Position numbers and translations under genes: made by a program
Notes under the pieces: generated by a model
Told to the model about the DNA's origin: nothing
What the model saw: the letters and a program-made list of their open reading frames with translations, nothing else
The model's database searches: none
DNA from: an uncultured Hyphomicrobiales bacterium
GTDB taxonomy: Bacteria; Bacteroidota; Ignavibacteria; Kapaibacteriales; UBA2268
Length of the DNA: 64,000 nucleotides
Direction of reading: 5' to 3'
NCBI GenBank assembly: GCA_964454975.1
Contig: CAYVVD010000007.1
Coordinates: 63,074 to 127,073, forward strand
Shown: positions 8,394 through 17,913 of the stretch, in pieces
Numbering within the stretch: the stretch's first letter is position 1
How the letters are laid out: the number at the start of each line of letters is the position of its first letter

Positions 8394-9563
8394 ATGAACG
8401 AGTACATGGAACATACGCCTTCTGAATTGCTGACGCTATATCTCGACGGGGAGATGCCTCCTGCGGACGAAGCGGCATTTTTCGCTACGGTTTCCGAAAG
8501 CGAAGAGCTCCAGTCCGAAATTAGAGAGATGCTCGCAATCAGAGAATCGGTGAAAAAAGACACCGAAGCTTACACGACACCTGATAAAGCAACAACTGCG
8601 GTATTTTCCAGCCTTGGCTATAAGGCTCCCGGGACACTGGCGCCCGCCGCTACCGGAAGCTTCTGGTCAAAAGTCTGGCTGCCTGCCGCAACAGCAGTAG
8701 TTGCTTCGCTTGTAACAACTTTTGCCGTGCTCTATTTCACAGGCAATACCGAAAGTGAGCCTTCAAGGGCTGCTCTTCCTCTGAAAGTTGAGACTGCACA
8801 AGTACAGGCAAGCGATTATATTGCCGAATCAGGTTCAGGGATTGTAAATAATAAAAAGCAGATTCCCGTTGTTGCTTCATCAGCGCCTGTAAGCAAAGCT
8901 TTACTGCCCATCCTGCAGAAAGAAGATCAAAATGCCCGGGCTGAGGAAGCTGCAACTGCTGAAGAATTTGTCAGTATAAACAATACGCGCCATATAGACA
9001 ACCAGCTTGTGAACTGCATGTCCAGCATTCCTACCCGTACTTTGAATGCACTGTCATCAGATATGCATAGCTCACCAAAGTTGGTGTTTGATTTTGAGAA
9101 TGAACCGAGTAGTGAGAACTTCCAGGTATATATACGAGGCCTTGGGGTATTGAATACTAACACAAATTCCACTACAATGCAGGCTTCAGACAATATTACT
9201 GCAGGAATTACTTTCGCTTCACTTGGCAATTTTAAATTAGGCGGCGAAGGAAATGTTGAGAAAATTTTCTTCGAGAATGATGCTGAATTAGGTAAGTCAT
9301 TTGTCTGGGGTGCTTTTACATGCAAGTATGAAAATCATAACCTTAAACTTTTTGGATTCGTGCAACCTTTCGCACAGGTATCAATTGGTACCGGTACATC
9401 GGGAATGTTATTAAATTCAAGGGAAGTGTTAGGTTTTGACATTTATCCATTTGATTCAAACGTAGGAATTCAATTGGGTTTAGAGAACTCATTAATTGGA
9501 ATAGAAAACACAACAACCTACAGTAGAAATGCCGTTAACTTCGGAATTACTTATAAATTGTAA
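8394..9563 (+). CDS. Putative anti-sigma factor (N-terminal ASD, one TM helix, extracytoplasmic/beta-strand C-terminus)
   Basis: Directly downstream of ECF sigma; ELLTLYLDGEM ASD-like start, TM near aa 95-116, beta-rich tail ending VNFGITYKL. Confidence 0.72.
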   Translation: MNEYMEHTPSELLTLYLDGEMPPADEAAFFATVSESEELQSEIREMLAIRESVKKDTEAYTTPDKATTAVFSSLGYKAPGTLAPAATGSFWSKVWLPAATAVVASLVTTFAVLYFTGNTESEPSRAALPLKVETAQVQASDYIAESGSGIVNNKKQIPVVASSAPVSKALLPILQKEDQNARAEEAATAEEFVSINNTRHIDNQLVNCMSSIPTRTLNALSSDMHSSPKLVFDFENEPSSENFQVYIRGLGVLNTNTNSTTMQASDNITAGITFASLGNFKLGGEGNVEKIFFENDAELGKSFVWGAFTCKYENHNLKLFGFVQPFAQVSIGTGTSGMLLNSREVLGFDIYPFDSNVGIQLGLENSLIGIENTTTYSRNAVNFGITYKL

Positions 9564-9595
9564 TTCTCGTATCTGTTAACTGAATTTTTGTTAAT

Positions 9596-9625
9596 GGCTG
9601 ATCCTTTTTGGATCAGCCTTTTTTT
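9596..9625 (+). terminator. Rho-independent terminator
   Basis: GGCTGATCC-TTTTT-GGATCAGCC followed by 7 T. Confidence 0.9.
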
Positions 9626-9782
9626 AATGAAAAATGAAGAAAGAAAAAAGAGGATAATAAGAAAATTGCATAACTCAATAGTCTATTTGGGGATGGCAAA
9701 TCAGTTGATAGTGTGTGTGGGGGGTAAGTATTTAAGGCATTAGATGCAACTTATTATCCACTGAGGGCACAGAAAATAAAAA

Positions 9783-10469
9783 TTACATCTCAATCATTCT
9801 ATCCAGCAGCTTATAAAGATACTCGTGCATATCATTGGCAAGGTAGCTGTTGGCAATGATTTCGCGGAGGTTCATCACATAAATGTCCTCATTCAGTTCC
9901 ATCAGTCCCTTCTGTGCCATTCTGACAATGTCATCCTGCGGTATTTCTATGTGGAATTGTAAACCGACAGTGTTTCCGAGTACAAATCCCTGGTTGGGAC
10001 AGTTGCCATTTGAAAAGGTGTGGACAGCACCTTCGGGCATGTCAAATGTCTCACCGTGCCAATGGAAAACGGGAATTTCAACAGGAAAGCCGTCAAACAA
10101 TGGGTGTTCATTTTCTTTTTTTACTGGAAAAAAACCTATTTCCTTGAACTCGATTGGATAAACTTTGTTGCCGAGTGCGCTTGCTAACATCTGGGCACCG
10201 AGGCATATTCCGAGTACCGGCCTGCCGCTTGAAATAAATTTACGGATGAACTTTTTCTCTTCCACAAGCCAAGGGAATTTCTCCTCGTCATTTACACTCA
10301 TAAAGCCGCCCATAATAACGAGCATGTCCGGTTCTGTTACGGGAGGAGCTTGCTGATTCTGCCAAAAGTCTGTAGTGCTTAACTTAATGCCACGGCTAAG
10401 GGCCCAGTCAATTATCCTGCCCGGACCCTCGTATTTAATATGCTGAAAAACATGAACGTTTTGGGGCAC
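9783..10469 (-). CDS. Type 1 glutamine amidotransferase (GMP-synthase-like, stand-alone)
   Basis: GG.MSV, LGICLGAQ nucleophile elbow, FHWHGE, GLQFHIE. Confidence 0.9.
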   Translation of the reverse strand: MPQNVHVFQHIKYEGPGRIIDWALSRGIKLSTTDFWQNQQAPPVTEPDMLVIMGGFMSVNDEEKFPWLVEEKKFIRKFISSGRPVLGICLGAQMLASALGNKVYPIEFKEIGFFPVKKENEHPLFDGFPVEIPVFHWHGETFDMPEGAVHTFSNGNCPNQGFVLGNTVGLQFHIEIPQDDIVRMAQKGLMELNEDIYVMNLREIIANSYLANDMHEYLYKLLDRMIEM

Positions 10470-10708
10470 TAATCCTTACCCTTTATCACTTTGATAATGA
10501 ATGACGCCCTGTGCTTTTGAAACTCCGCTTCTATTTCTTTCGAAAGCAGAGCGAAAATCCTGTCATGTTCGCCTTTTATCTGCGTGCTCATCCTGTTTGT
10601 TTCTACTTCGAGTGATTCATCAAAATGAAGCCGGGAAATAAAATCTCTGATTGGTCCTTTGTAGTCCTTAGTAAGAGGATAAAAACTAATTTCTACAAAA
10701 ATTCTCAT
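10469..10708 (-). CDS. YkoF/thiamine-binding protein family
   Basis: EISFYPL...ETNRMSTQIKGE pattern, 79 aa. Confidence 0.65.
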   Translation of the reverse strand: MRIFVEISFYPLTKDYKGPIRDFISRLHFDESLEVETNRMSTQIKGEHDRIFALLSKEIEAEFQKHRASFIIKVIKGKD

Positions 10709-10714
10709 TGTGTT

Positions 10715-13700
10715 TTATTTATTGTGAATAACAGTTCCACCAATATAAGCGCCGGGGGTTTCAATCCGGAAAAAATATGTCCCGTCAGCTAAGCCATGTG
10801 GCTCCCACCTTATTATTCCATCGCCTGAAATATCAATGCCATCCTTGCTGACATCCCTTCCAAAGACATCAAACACCCTGACGGTTTTAATTTCATTAAA
10901 GCTAAAGCCTGTTTCAATAAACAATGCATCCGAGAACGGGTTTGGATAAATCAGCATATCCTTTGTAGTTATATAATCAACTGATGTGATTGTATCGGCA
11001 GTCCTGAAATTCCATGTATCAGACCAGTCATTGCCGGTTTCATCATTGTATGCTTTTGCACGCCAGTAATATGTGGTTTTTGTTTCCAATCCCGATATGT
11101 TGTAACGCAGTAGTTGAAGCTTGTCGTCCTCAAAAAGCAGATTGTCAAAAACATTAGATTTTGAAACCTGCACATGGTATAATTCAGCTCCTTTTGTAGC
11201 ATCCCATTCAAGCCTTACAGCGAGGTTAAGCCCGGTTGAATTATTGTCAGGCTTTGAGAGGAAAGTTGGTCCCATAAGGGTCCGGATGTTCCAGGTTTCT
11301 GACCAGTAGCTATGCCTGTCGTCGATGTTTACCCTTACTCTCCAGTAATAAGTGGTGTAAAAATCAAGATTATCAATTTGAAGTTCATTTATATCAAGGT
11401 CTGTAATTTCAACAATATTATCAGAAAATGAATCATCGGTACCAAATTGCAGGTGGTAGGAATCTGCTCCGTTATAATCTTCCCAGAATAGCTTGATTGA
11501 TAATTCCGCATCAAATGTTCCAGATGGCGGGTCAACAAGCTCAGGTTCGCGAATCGCCGTTTCGAAAGACCATGCTTCGGACCAATCGCTTGTTCCATGC
11601 TCGTTGACGGCTCTCACCCTCCAATAATACTTTGTGTTGTAACCCAACAGTAGGAATCTATGTGTCGAATCAGTAAGTGTTTCACCATCAAAAGCAACCG
11701 GGTTGAACTCAGGATTCTTTGAAAGCTGGATAACATAGTCAATGCCAGTTGGTACTTTGTCCCAAAGGAAGTCGAGGTTGATGTATAATTCCGTAGCTCC
11801 GTTCTCAGGAAGTCTTAGCGAAGGAGCGGGCAGCTTGGTTGTGAAGTTCCAAACTTCCGACCAGTCGCTTTCAGTTTCCTGGCTGTGAGCCATAACACGC
11901 CAGTAGTATGTTGCCAAGTAATCAGTTACATTTATTTCACGGCAAGTTTCAACAAGCGCGCTAATTGTGGTTACACCAGCGGAAAAGTCCGGAGAAGTGG
12001 AATATTCAAGAGTGTAACTTATAGCTCCCTCAACTTCTTCCCAGCAGAGTGTCAATGACAGGTTCGTACCCATAGTATCGCTTTCAGGGGAACTAAGGAC
12101 AGGTGGAGCAAGAAATGTTCTGAAACTCCTAACCTGGGACCAGGCTCCAAGCTCCTGTTCATTTTTTCCACAAACACGCCAGAAATATTCCTTGTTAAAA
12201 TCAAGTTCATCGAAAATCTTCCAGGTAGTATCCGAAAGAGTAATCCTTTCAAAAACACCGGTAAAGATTTTGTTAAAAGAAATTTCCAGAACATACATGT
12301 CAGCATTTTGGGTAGAATTCCAGGTTAATATCGGGTGTCGCCTCAAACCGACTTCTTTGTCATTTGGGCTTATAAGTGAGGGTGTGCCAATATTTGCGCT
12401 GTCGATGCTTCGCTGCAGCGAGCCAACTGAGAAGAAAATATCGCCTTCTTTAGTTAAATTCAAATCGTTAATTTCATGAATATTAAAATCAGCATTAAAA
12501 TTTTCCCACCAGAGAAGGTTGGGCATATCCGTATAATGCAATCCCAGTTTGGCACCAGACCCAACATAAACGCTGTCGTTGGTAGTTACTTCAATGCAGG
12601 ATAAATTAGGAGGCGACTCAAAACCAACATTATTCGGCTGCCAAGAATTACCATTGTTTGCGGAAATGTATAATCCGTTGCTGGTTGATGCCAGCATATC
12701 TCCTGTTGAGCGGAAAGCTAAATCGGTTATCCTGCCGTTCGGCTGGCTTCTAATCCAAAATCCAGTCCCAAAGTCATCGGAATGATAAAACCCGAACGAA
12801 GGATTATACAAGTAAACGTTATTATCCGGGTTGTATTCCAGGATAGTGATTTCGTCGGTAAATACGCCAAGGGTATCAGTGGAAACACCCAAATCGCGTG
12901 TCCTGTATAGCCATGCCTTATTGTCTTCTGCCTCGGGATCGAATGTTGCATATATAATCCCCTTACCCTCAACAGCAATTATAGAGCTGATAATCGCGCC
13001 ATTCTGGGCGATTGTTGTCCAGGTATCACCATAATCGGCCGAATACCTTACACCGCTTGAAGTAGCAGCAAATATTGTATCTCCGGCAATTTCCATATCA
13101 ATTGGGAAAGCGCCTAAGTCTATCTCTTCCCAGGAATTGCCATAGTCGAGAGTTCTGAGTACCCTGCCGTCAGCGTCATTTACTATTAATAATTCGCTGC
13201 TTTCAAGCCAGATGTTCATACTAAAAAATGTATTCCTAAGCCCGATGTATGTCCACAGCCTGCCATTATTAATACTTTTTAAAACTCCATCACGAGGCGA
13301 GCAAGCGTATAAATCACCATTTGATGCCATCGCAATATCATTAATTCCACTATTTTTTATGTTTGATATAATAAATGTCAAACCCAGTAGTTCATCCACA
13401 TACCACAGACCCTTAGACCGCGTTCCGGCAATAAGCTCGCTGTTGTCATTGAAAAGAACAGAAGTTGTATTAAGGTCAGCTATTGTTGTGTCATATTCGC
13501 GCCAGGATACGCCCCAGTCATTAGATAAGACTATACCTCTCCCATTAGAGGATGCGAAAATTTCACCGACAGAATTTTCTGTCATGTTGTGAATGAAATC
13601 ATTAGAAAGCATGCCGCTCGAGCGCTTCCAGGTTTTTGCGGTGTCCTCGGTTCGGAAGAAGCCATCTCCCCAGCTGCTTGCGACAATGTTGCCATTATCA

Positions 13701-14197
13701 GCAAAAATAATGTCGGTTATGTCGAGGTAACGAATCCCTGAGCTTACCCATTCCCAGTTATCACCTCCGTCAGCAGTTCTGAATACTCCCATGCCCCTTG
13801 TCCCGACATAAATATCGCCATTATCATGCTGCCCGATAGTGCTTATTCTCAGATTGGAAAGCCCTGTGTTTTTTTCAGTCCAAGAATCGCCGTTATCATC
13901 GGATTTAAAAATGCCACCGCCATATGTACCGGCATAAAGGTTATTGTCCGAGTCAACAGCAAGAGCGCTGACAAACATATTATCCAGGCCATTATTCACT
14001 TGTGTCCAGTTGCCGCCTCCGTCATTTGAACGGTAGATACCTTTTCCCCATGAACCGGCGAAAATAATATCATTTGAATTTATCGCAATGCAGATTATGT
14101 CACTGCCGGCAGGCCCGGCAACCCTTGCGAATTTATCCTGGGAATAAAGTGTGAAAGAAAAAATTATAAATATTAGAAATGATCTAATGTATGTCAT
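10715..14197 (-). CDS. T9SS cargo: BNR/sortilin-like beta-propellers + fibronectin-III-like repeats + CTD
   Basis: Signal peptide; repeated S.D.G.xW BNR boxes; repeated W..V..A..Y.L/YYWRV.A modules; CTD IYPNPF...GTYFFRI. Confidence 0.88.
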   Translation of the reverse strand: MTYIRSFLIFIIFSFTLYSQDKFARVAGPAGSDIICIAINSNDIIFAGSWGKGIYRSNDGGGNWTQVNNGLDNMFVSALAVDSDNNLYAGTYGGGIFKSDDNGDSWTEKNTGLSNLRISTIGQHDNGDIYVGTRGMGVFRTADGGDNWEWVSSGIRYLDITDIIFADNGNIVASSWGDGFFRTEDTAKTWKRSSGMLSNDFIHNMTENSVGEIFASSNGRGIVLSNDWGVSWREYDTTIADLNTTSVLFNDNSELIAGTRSKGLWYVDELLGLTFIISNIKNSGINDIAMASNGDLYACSPRDGVLKSINNGRLWTYIGLRNTFFSMNIWLESSELLIVNDADGRVLRTLDYGNSWEEIDLGAFPIDMEIAGDTIFAATSSGVRYSADYGDTWTTIAQNGAIISSIIAVEGKGIIYATFDPEAEDNKAWLYRTRDLGVSTDTLGVFTDEITILEYNPDNNVYLYNPSFGFYHSDDFGTGFWIRSQPNGRITDLAFRSTGDMLASTSNGLYISANNGNSWQPNNVGFESPPNLSCIEVTTNDSVYVGSGAKLGLHYTDMPNLLWWENFNADFNIHEINDLNLTKEGDIFFSVGSLQRSIDSANIGTPSLISPNDKEVGLRRHPILTWNSTQNADMYVLEISFNKIFTGVFERITLSDTTWKIFDELDFNKEYFWRVCGKNEQELGAWSQVRSFRTFLAPPVLSSPESDTMGTNLSLTLCWEEVEGAISYTLEYSTSPDFSAGVTTISALVETCREINVTDYLATYYWRVMAHSQETESDWSEVWNFTTKLPAPSLRLPENGATELYINLDFLWDKVPTGIDYVIQLSKNPEFNPVAFDGETLTDSTHRFLLLGYNTKYYWRVRAVNEHGTSDWSEAWSFETAIREPELVDPPSGTFDAELSIKLFWEDYNGADSYHLQFGTDDSFSDNIVEITDLDINELQIDNLDFYTTYYWRVRVNIDDRHSYWSETWNIRTLMGPTFLSKPDNNSTGLNLAVRLEWDATKGAELYHVQVSKSNVFDNLLFEDDKLQLLRYNISGLETKTTYYWRAKAYNDETGNDWSDTWNFRTADTITSVDYITTKDMLIYPNPFSDALFIETGFSFNEIKTVRVFDVFGRDVSKDGIDISGDGIIRWEPHGLADGTYFFRIETPGAYIGGTVIHNK

Positions 14198-14285
14198 ATC
14201 AACCCCTGATTATGCTGATTAAATTCCCGTTAACAATTTCTTAATAATAATCCATTAAATGGCTATTAGTTACATTCAATTTAAG

Positions 14286-14293
14286 TAAGTTTG
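14286..14293 (+). promoter_or_regulatory. Bacteroidota-type -7 element (TAAGTTTG) upstream of ychF
   Basis: Matches TAnnTTTG 30 nt upstream of ATG 14324. Confidence 0.5.
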
Positions 14294-14323
14294 TAATCGT
14301 TTCTATAAAAATGCGGAAAAACT

Positions 14324-15409
14324 ATGCAAATCGGATTAGTAGGATTGCCGTTTTCGGGCAAAACAACTCTTTTTCAGACTCTGACCGAAAGCAGTGTTGA
14401 CGAAGCAAGCCAGGGGAAAAAAGATGCAAACCTGGCAATTGTAAAAGTTCCCGATGCAAGGCTGAACAAACTAACATATATTTATAAACCCAAAAAACAG
14501 GTAAATGGGACAATCGAGATTTATGACCTTGCCGGAGTAGCTAAAAGCGACGGCAGCAAAAGCCCATTTTCAACGCAATTCCTGACAAAAGTAAGGAACA
14601 ACGATGCATTGATCCATGTAGTACGGGGCTTCAAAGATGAAGCCGTACCGCATATCGAAGGAAGTATTGACATAAAAAGAGACATCTCGCTTTTTGACAG
14701 CGAACTTATGTTTGCAGACCTTGCATTTATCGAAGGAAGGTTCGAGAAGCTTGAAAAAGACCTGAGGAAACCTAAAAGCAAGGAAGAGGCACAAAAGGAA
14801 ATTGAAGTGATGAAACGCTGGCAGGATTCACTAGAAAATGAATCTCCACTCAGAGATGTTGAAATGGACGTCGAAGAAATAAAATATATTAAAAACTATC
14901 AGCCCCTGACAGCGAAACCACTGCTTATAGCGTTGAATCTCGACGAAAGCGACGTTGAGCGCAGGGACGAACTCGTTGAAACGGCGCTCAAGGGTGTAAC
15001 CGGAAAAAATGTTGCAGTTGAGCCCTTCTTTGCTAAAATCGAGATGGAACTATCCCAGCTCGAAGGCGAAGAAAAAGAAATGTTCATGTCTGAATACGGA
15101 ATCGAAGAATCAGCGTTGAGCAGGCTTATCAGGACTGCATATAATCTGCTGGGATTGCAGTCATTTTTCACTGTCGGCGAGGACGAATGCCGTGCCTGGA
15201 CGATAAAAAAAGGGATGACCGCACAAGAGGCTGCCGGTGCAATTCATACTGATTTTTACAACAAATTTATCCGTGCTGAGGTTGTTGCATATAATGATTA
15301 TATGGAAAACGGTTCAATGGCGGCATGTAAGGATAAGGGATTAGTGCGTCTGGAAGGTAAGGAGTATATTGTTCATGACGGGGATATTATGAATATAAGG
15401 CATGGCTAA
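14324..15409 (+). CDS. ychF: Redox-regulated ATPase YchF (Obg family)
   Basis: GLVGLPFSGKTT, DLAG, FFTVGEDECRAWTI, AAGAIHTDF, EGKEYIVHDGD. Confidence 0.96.
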   Translation: MQIGLVGLPFSGKTTLFQTLTESSVDEASQGKKDANLAIVKVPDARLNKLTYIYKPKKQVNGTIEIYDLAGVAKSDGSKSPFSTQFLTKVRNNDALIHVVRGFKDEAVPHIEGSIDIKRDISLFDSELMFADLAFIEGRFEKLEKDLRKPKSKEEAQKEIEVMKRWQDSLENESPLRDVEMDVEEIKYIKNYQPLTAKPLLIALNLDESDVERRDELVETALKGVTGKNVAVEPFFAKIEMELSQLEGEEKEMFMSEYGIEESALSRLIRTAYNLLGLQSFFTVGEDECRAWTIKKGMTAQEAAGAIHTDFYNKFIRAEVVAYNDYMENGSMAACKDKGLVRLEGKEYIVHDGDIMNIRHG

Positions 15410-16170
15410 CTTCGCACGCGGCTATAGATTTCCCGTACTTTTTTCAGGTCTTCTCCTGTATCAACGCTTATTAGCTCCTCAGTTGTTTCATGGCAATAAT
15501 ATTTGTATCCGCGTTCCAGAAGCCTTAACTGCTCAAGTTTTTCAGCTTTTTCAAGCTTTGATTGAGAAAATCTTACAAAATCCAACAAGGCGTTTCTACG
15601 GTAGGCATAAACTCCGATGTGCCTGTAAAAGTTGTGATTCTCCAACCAATTCTTTCCGGGAATATCCCTGAGATATGGAACAGCCTGGCGTGAGAAATAT
15701 AATGCCATGCTTTCAAGTCCCGGAACTACTTTAACAACTGATGGATTTTCCAGTTCTTCATTTGTTTTGATTTTTGACATCAGCGTACCGACTTCAGCAT
15801 TGGTTTTTAAAAAAGCTTCCAGCATTTCATCGAGTGTATTCGCTGATAGGAGAGGTTCGTCACCTTGAATGTTGACTACAATTGAAGAACTGTCGCCAGT
15901 TAATTCAAGCACTTTAGCAATCCTGTCCGTACCGCTTGGAATATCCGTGGGAGTTAAAATACATTCAGCGCCAAATTCCTCGCAGACATTCACGATTTTT
16001 TCATTATCGGTAGCAATAAATATTTTTTTTATTAATTCTGACTTTTTGGCATTGTCCCAGACGCGGATGATAAGGGGTTTCCCTTCAATATCCGCCAACA
16101 TTTTTCCGGGTAAACGAGTAGAAGCAAATCGCGCCGGGATTACTGCAATAATATCATTTGCCTGAGTCAA
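15406..16170 (-). CDS. kdsB: 3-deoxy-manno-octulosonate cytidylyltransferase
   Basis: IPARFASTRLPGK, SGTDRI, VNIQGDEP, ALYFSR, HIGVYAY, LEQLRLLE. Confidence 0.96.
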   Translation of the reverse strand: MTQANDIIAVIPARFASTRLPGKMLADIEGKPLIIRVWDNAKKSELIKKIFIATDNEKIVNVCEEFGAECILTPTDIPSGTDRIAKVLELTGDSSSIVVNIQGDEPLLSANTLDEMLEAFLKTNAEVGTLMSKIKTNEELENPSVVKVVPGLESMALYFSRQAVPYLRDIPGKNWLENHNFYRHIGVYAYRRNALLDFVRFSQSKLEKAEKLEQLRLLERGYKYYCHETTEELISVDTGEDLKKVREIYSRVRS

Positions 16171-16190
16171 CGAGAGCTTGGAAGGTTTTA

Positions 16191-16418
16191 TCAGTTGAAG
16201 CCCTTGTTTTCGGAATTTTCGCTGATATTTAAACCCGGGTCATTTGTACTAATTTCTTTATTTCCTGATGAGAATGTTGAGAATTTTTCAATTTCGCTGA
16301 TGAAATTAAGAATTTGGTCAAATGCCGGATTTAAAGTGCTAATGTCTTCGTCACTTAGTTTCAAGCCCGATTGAACAGCAATTTTATTGAATAATTTGTC
16401 TTTTTTAGATGCCTGCAT
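16191..16418 (-). CDS. Small protein, possibly degenerate GatC-like
   Basis: KIAVQSGLKLSDEDISTLNPAFDQILNFISEI aligns by eye to the GatC pattern HIA.LARL.L.EEE.......L..IL.Y...L. Confidence 0.4.
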   Translation of the reverse strand: MQASKKDKLFNKIAVQSGLKLSDEDISTLNPAFDQILNFISEIEKFSTFSSGNKEISTNDPGLNISENSENKGFN

Positions 16419-16576
16419 ATAGCAATATAATAATTCATATTTATTTTATATTCAAAATATTTATGAATTTCGCCATTTTATCACATTGTGGAAAATTAAC
16501 AACAAATTAAACATTATCAATAATTCGTTGAAATTTATTAGATTTTCCGTTTCTAAAGTACAAAGGTCTGGTTTAA

Positions 16577-17854
16577 ATGTTTAATCCCTATGACATACTG
16601 ATTTTTGCAAGCATATTGATTATGCTTTCATATATCTTCAATATAATGTCCAGTCAATGGAAGATACCTTCTGTACTGTTCCTTATTTTCACGGGGATAG
16701 TAATTAAGTATATCGCTGCTCAGTATGACATTAACATAAGCCAGGACTTCTTCTCCGTTCTCGAGCTTTTGGGAATTATAGGCCTGATAATGATTGTGCT
16801 GGAAGCTGCGGTTGACCTTAAGGTTTCACGTTCAAAAATCAATATTATACGCCAGTCCATACTGATTTCTATCATCATTCTTGTTCTTTCGTCAATCGGC
16901 ATAGCATTCACTATAATGTTCTTCAGGGGAGAAGAATTCTTCAAATCGCTTGTATATGCAATCCCGCTTTCAGTTGTTTCAAGCGCTGTTCTAATCCCGA
17001 GCGTTCATGCCCTCACACAGAAGAAAAAGGAATTTTTGATTTACGAATCTACTTTCTCCGATATAATTGGAATAATGTTTTTTAACTATGTGGTATTACA
17101 GGGGAGTACGATATTCTCCATTTCCGGGATATGGATGATAATTTCAACCATTTTTCTGTCGGTATTGATTTCTTATTTCCTTGTTTATCTTTTTTCAAGG
17201 ATTAAAACTGATATAAAGCTCTTTCTAATGATTGCAATTCTTGCGGTTCTCTATGCACTTGGCAAGAAACTGCACCTTTCGCCGCTTCTGATGATATTTA
17301 TTTTCGGGCTTGTGCTAAATAATCCACGGTTGTTCTTCAAAGGTGCGCTCTCCAGATTTCTCGATTTTGAGAAAGCAGAAGAAGTCAGAAAGGATTTTCG
17401 TACTGTAACTGCAGAGTCTGCGTTTGTAATGAGGACATTTTTCTTTGTTGCATTCGGAATGATAATTGACATTGGTGAATTGCTTGACTGGAGAGTATTA
17501 TCAGTAGGCACAGCAATTGTAGTTATTCTTTATATCGTGAGATATATCAATTTCAAAGTGTTTGTAAAATCCGACGTATTCCCGGAAATTTTCCTCGCGC
17601 CAAGGGGTTTAATAACTATCTTACTATTCTTTACGATACCTGTTCAATATCAGATATCAGACTTCAAGGAAGGTATTTTATTCTTTGTGATTCTTGCTAC
17701 CAGTTTAGTAATGTTTATAGCACTGATAAGTTCTAAAGACGTCAAACCTTCTAAGTTCTTTGTAGTAGATTATGGCCTGGAACCTTCTGATTCCGCAACA
17801 GCCCGGGGATATGAAATAGAAATTAAGCGAAACATAAATGATGAACAGGATTAA
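16577..17854 (+). CDS. Cation:proton antiporter (CPA family)
   Basis: About 12 TM segments; YESTFSDIIG and APRGLITILLF motifs. Confidence 0.88.
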   Translation: MFNPYDILIFASILIMLSYIFNIMSSQWKIPSVLFLIFTGIVIKYIAAQYDINISQDFFSVLELLGIIGLIMIVLEAAVDLKVSRSKINIIRQSILISIIILVLSSIGIAFTIMFFRGEEFFKSLVYAIPLSVVSSAVLIPSVHALTQKKKEFLIYESTFSDIIGIMFFNYVVLQGSTIFSISGIWMIISTIFLSVLISYFLVYLFSRIKTDIKLFLMIAILAVLYALGKKLHLSPLLMIFIFGLVLNNPRLFFKGALSRFLDFEKAEEVRKDFRTVTAESAFVMRTFFFVAFGMIIDIGELLDWRVLSVGTAIVVILYIVRYINFKVFVKSDVFPEIFLAPRGLITILLFFTIPVQYQISDFKEGILFFVILATSLVMFIALISSKDVKPSKFFVVDYGLEPSDSATARGYEIEIKRNINDEQD

Positions 17855-17913
17855 TATTTTAGGTTTATTGTCGAAAATAAAAGTAAGGTGGCACATACAT
17901 TGCTAGTAAAAGA

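Noticed and set aside
11000-14000. Repeat-like periodicity as CRISPR or DNA tandem repeat
   Set aside because: Explained by protein-level BNR and FN3-like repeats; no identical DNA repeats with spacers. No CRISPR array seen anywhere in the window.
14269-14274. Further TGTAAC sites (minus strand at 14269-14274 and 3222-3227) as ECF promoters
   Set aside because: -10 element does not match the TGT pattern at the 16-17 nt spacing.
15406-15409. 4-bp convergent overlap of ychF and kdsB
   Set aside because: Common in compact genomes; no further signal.
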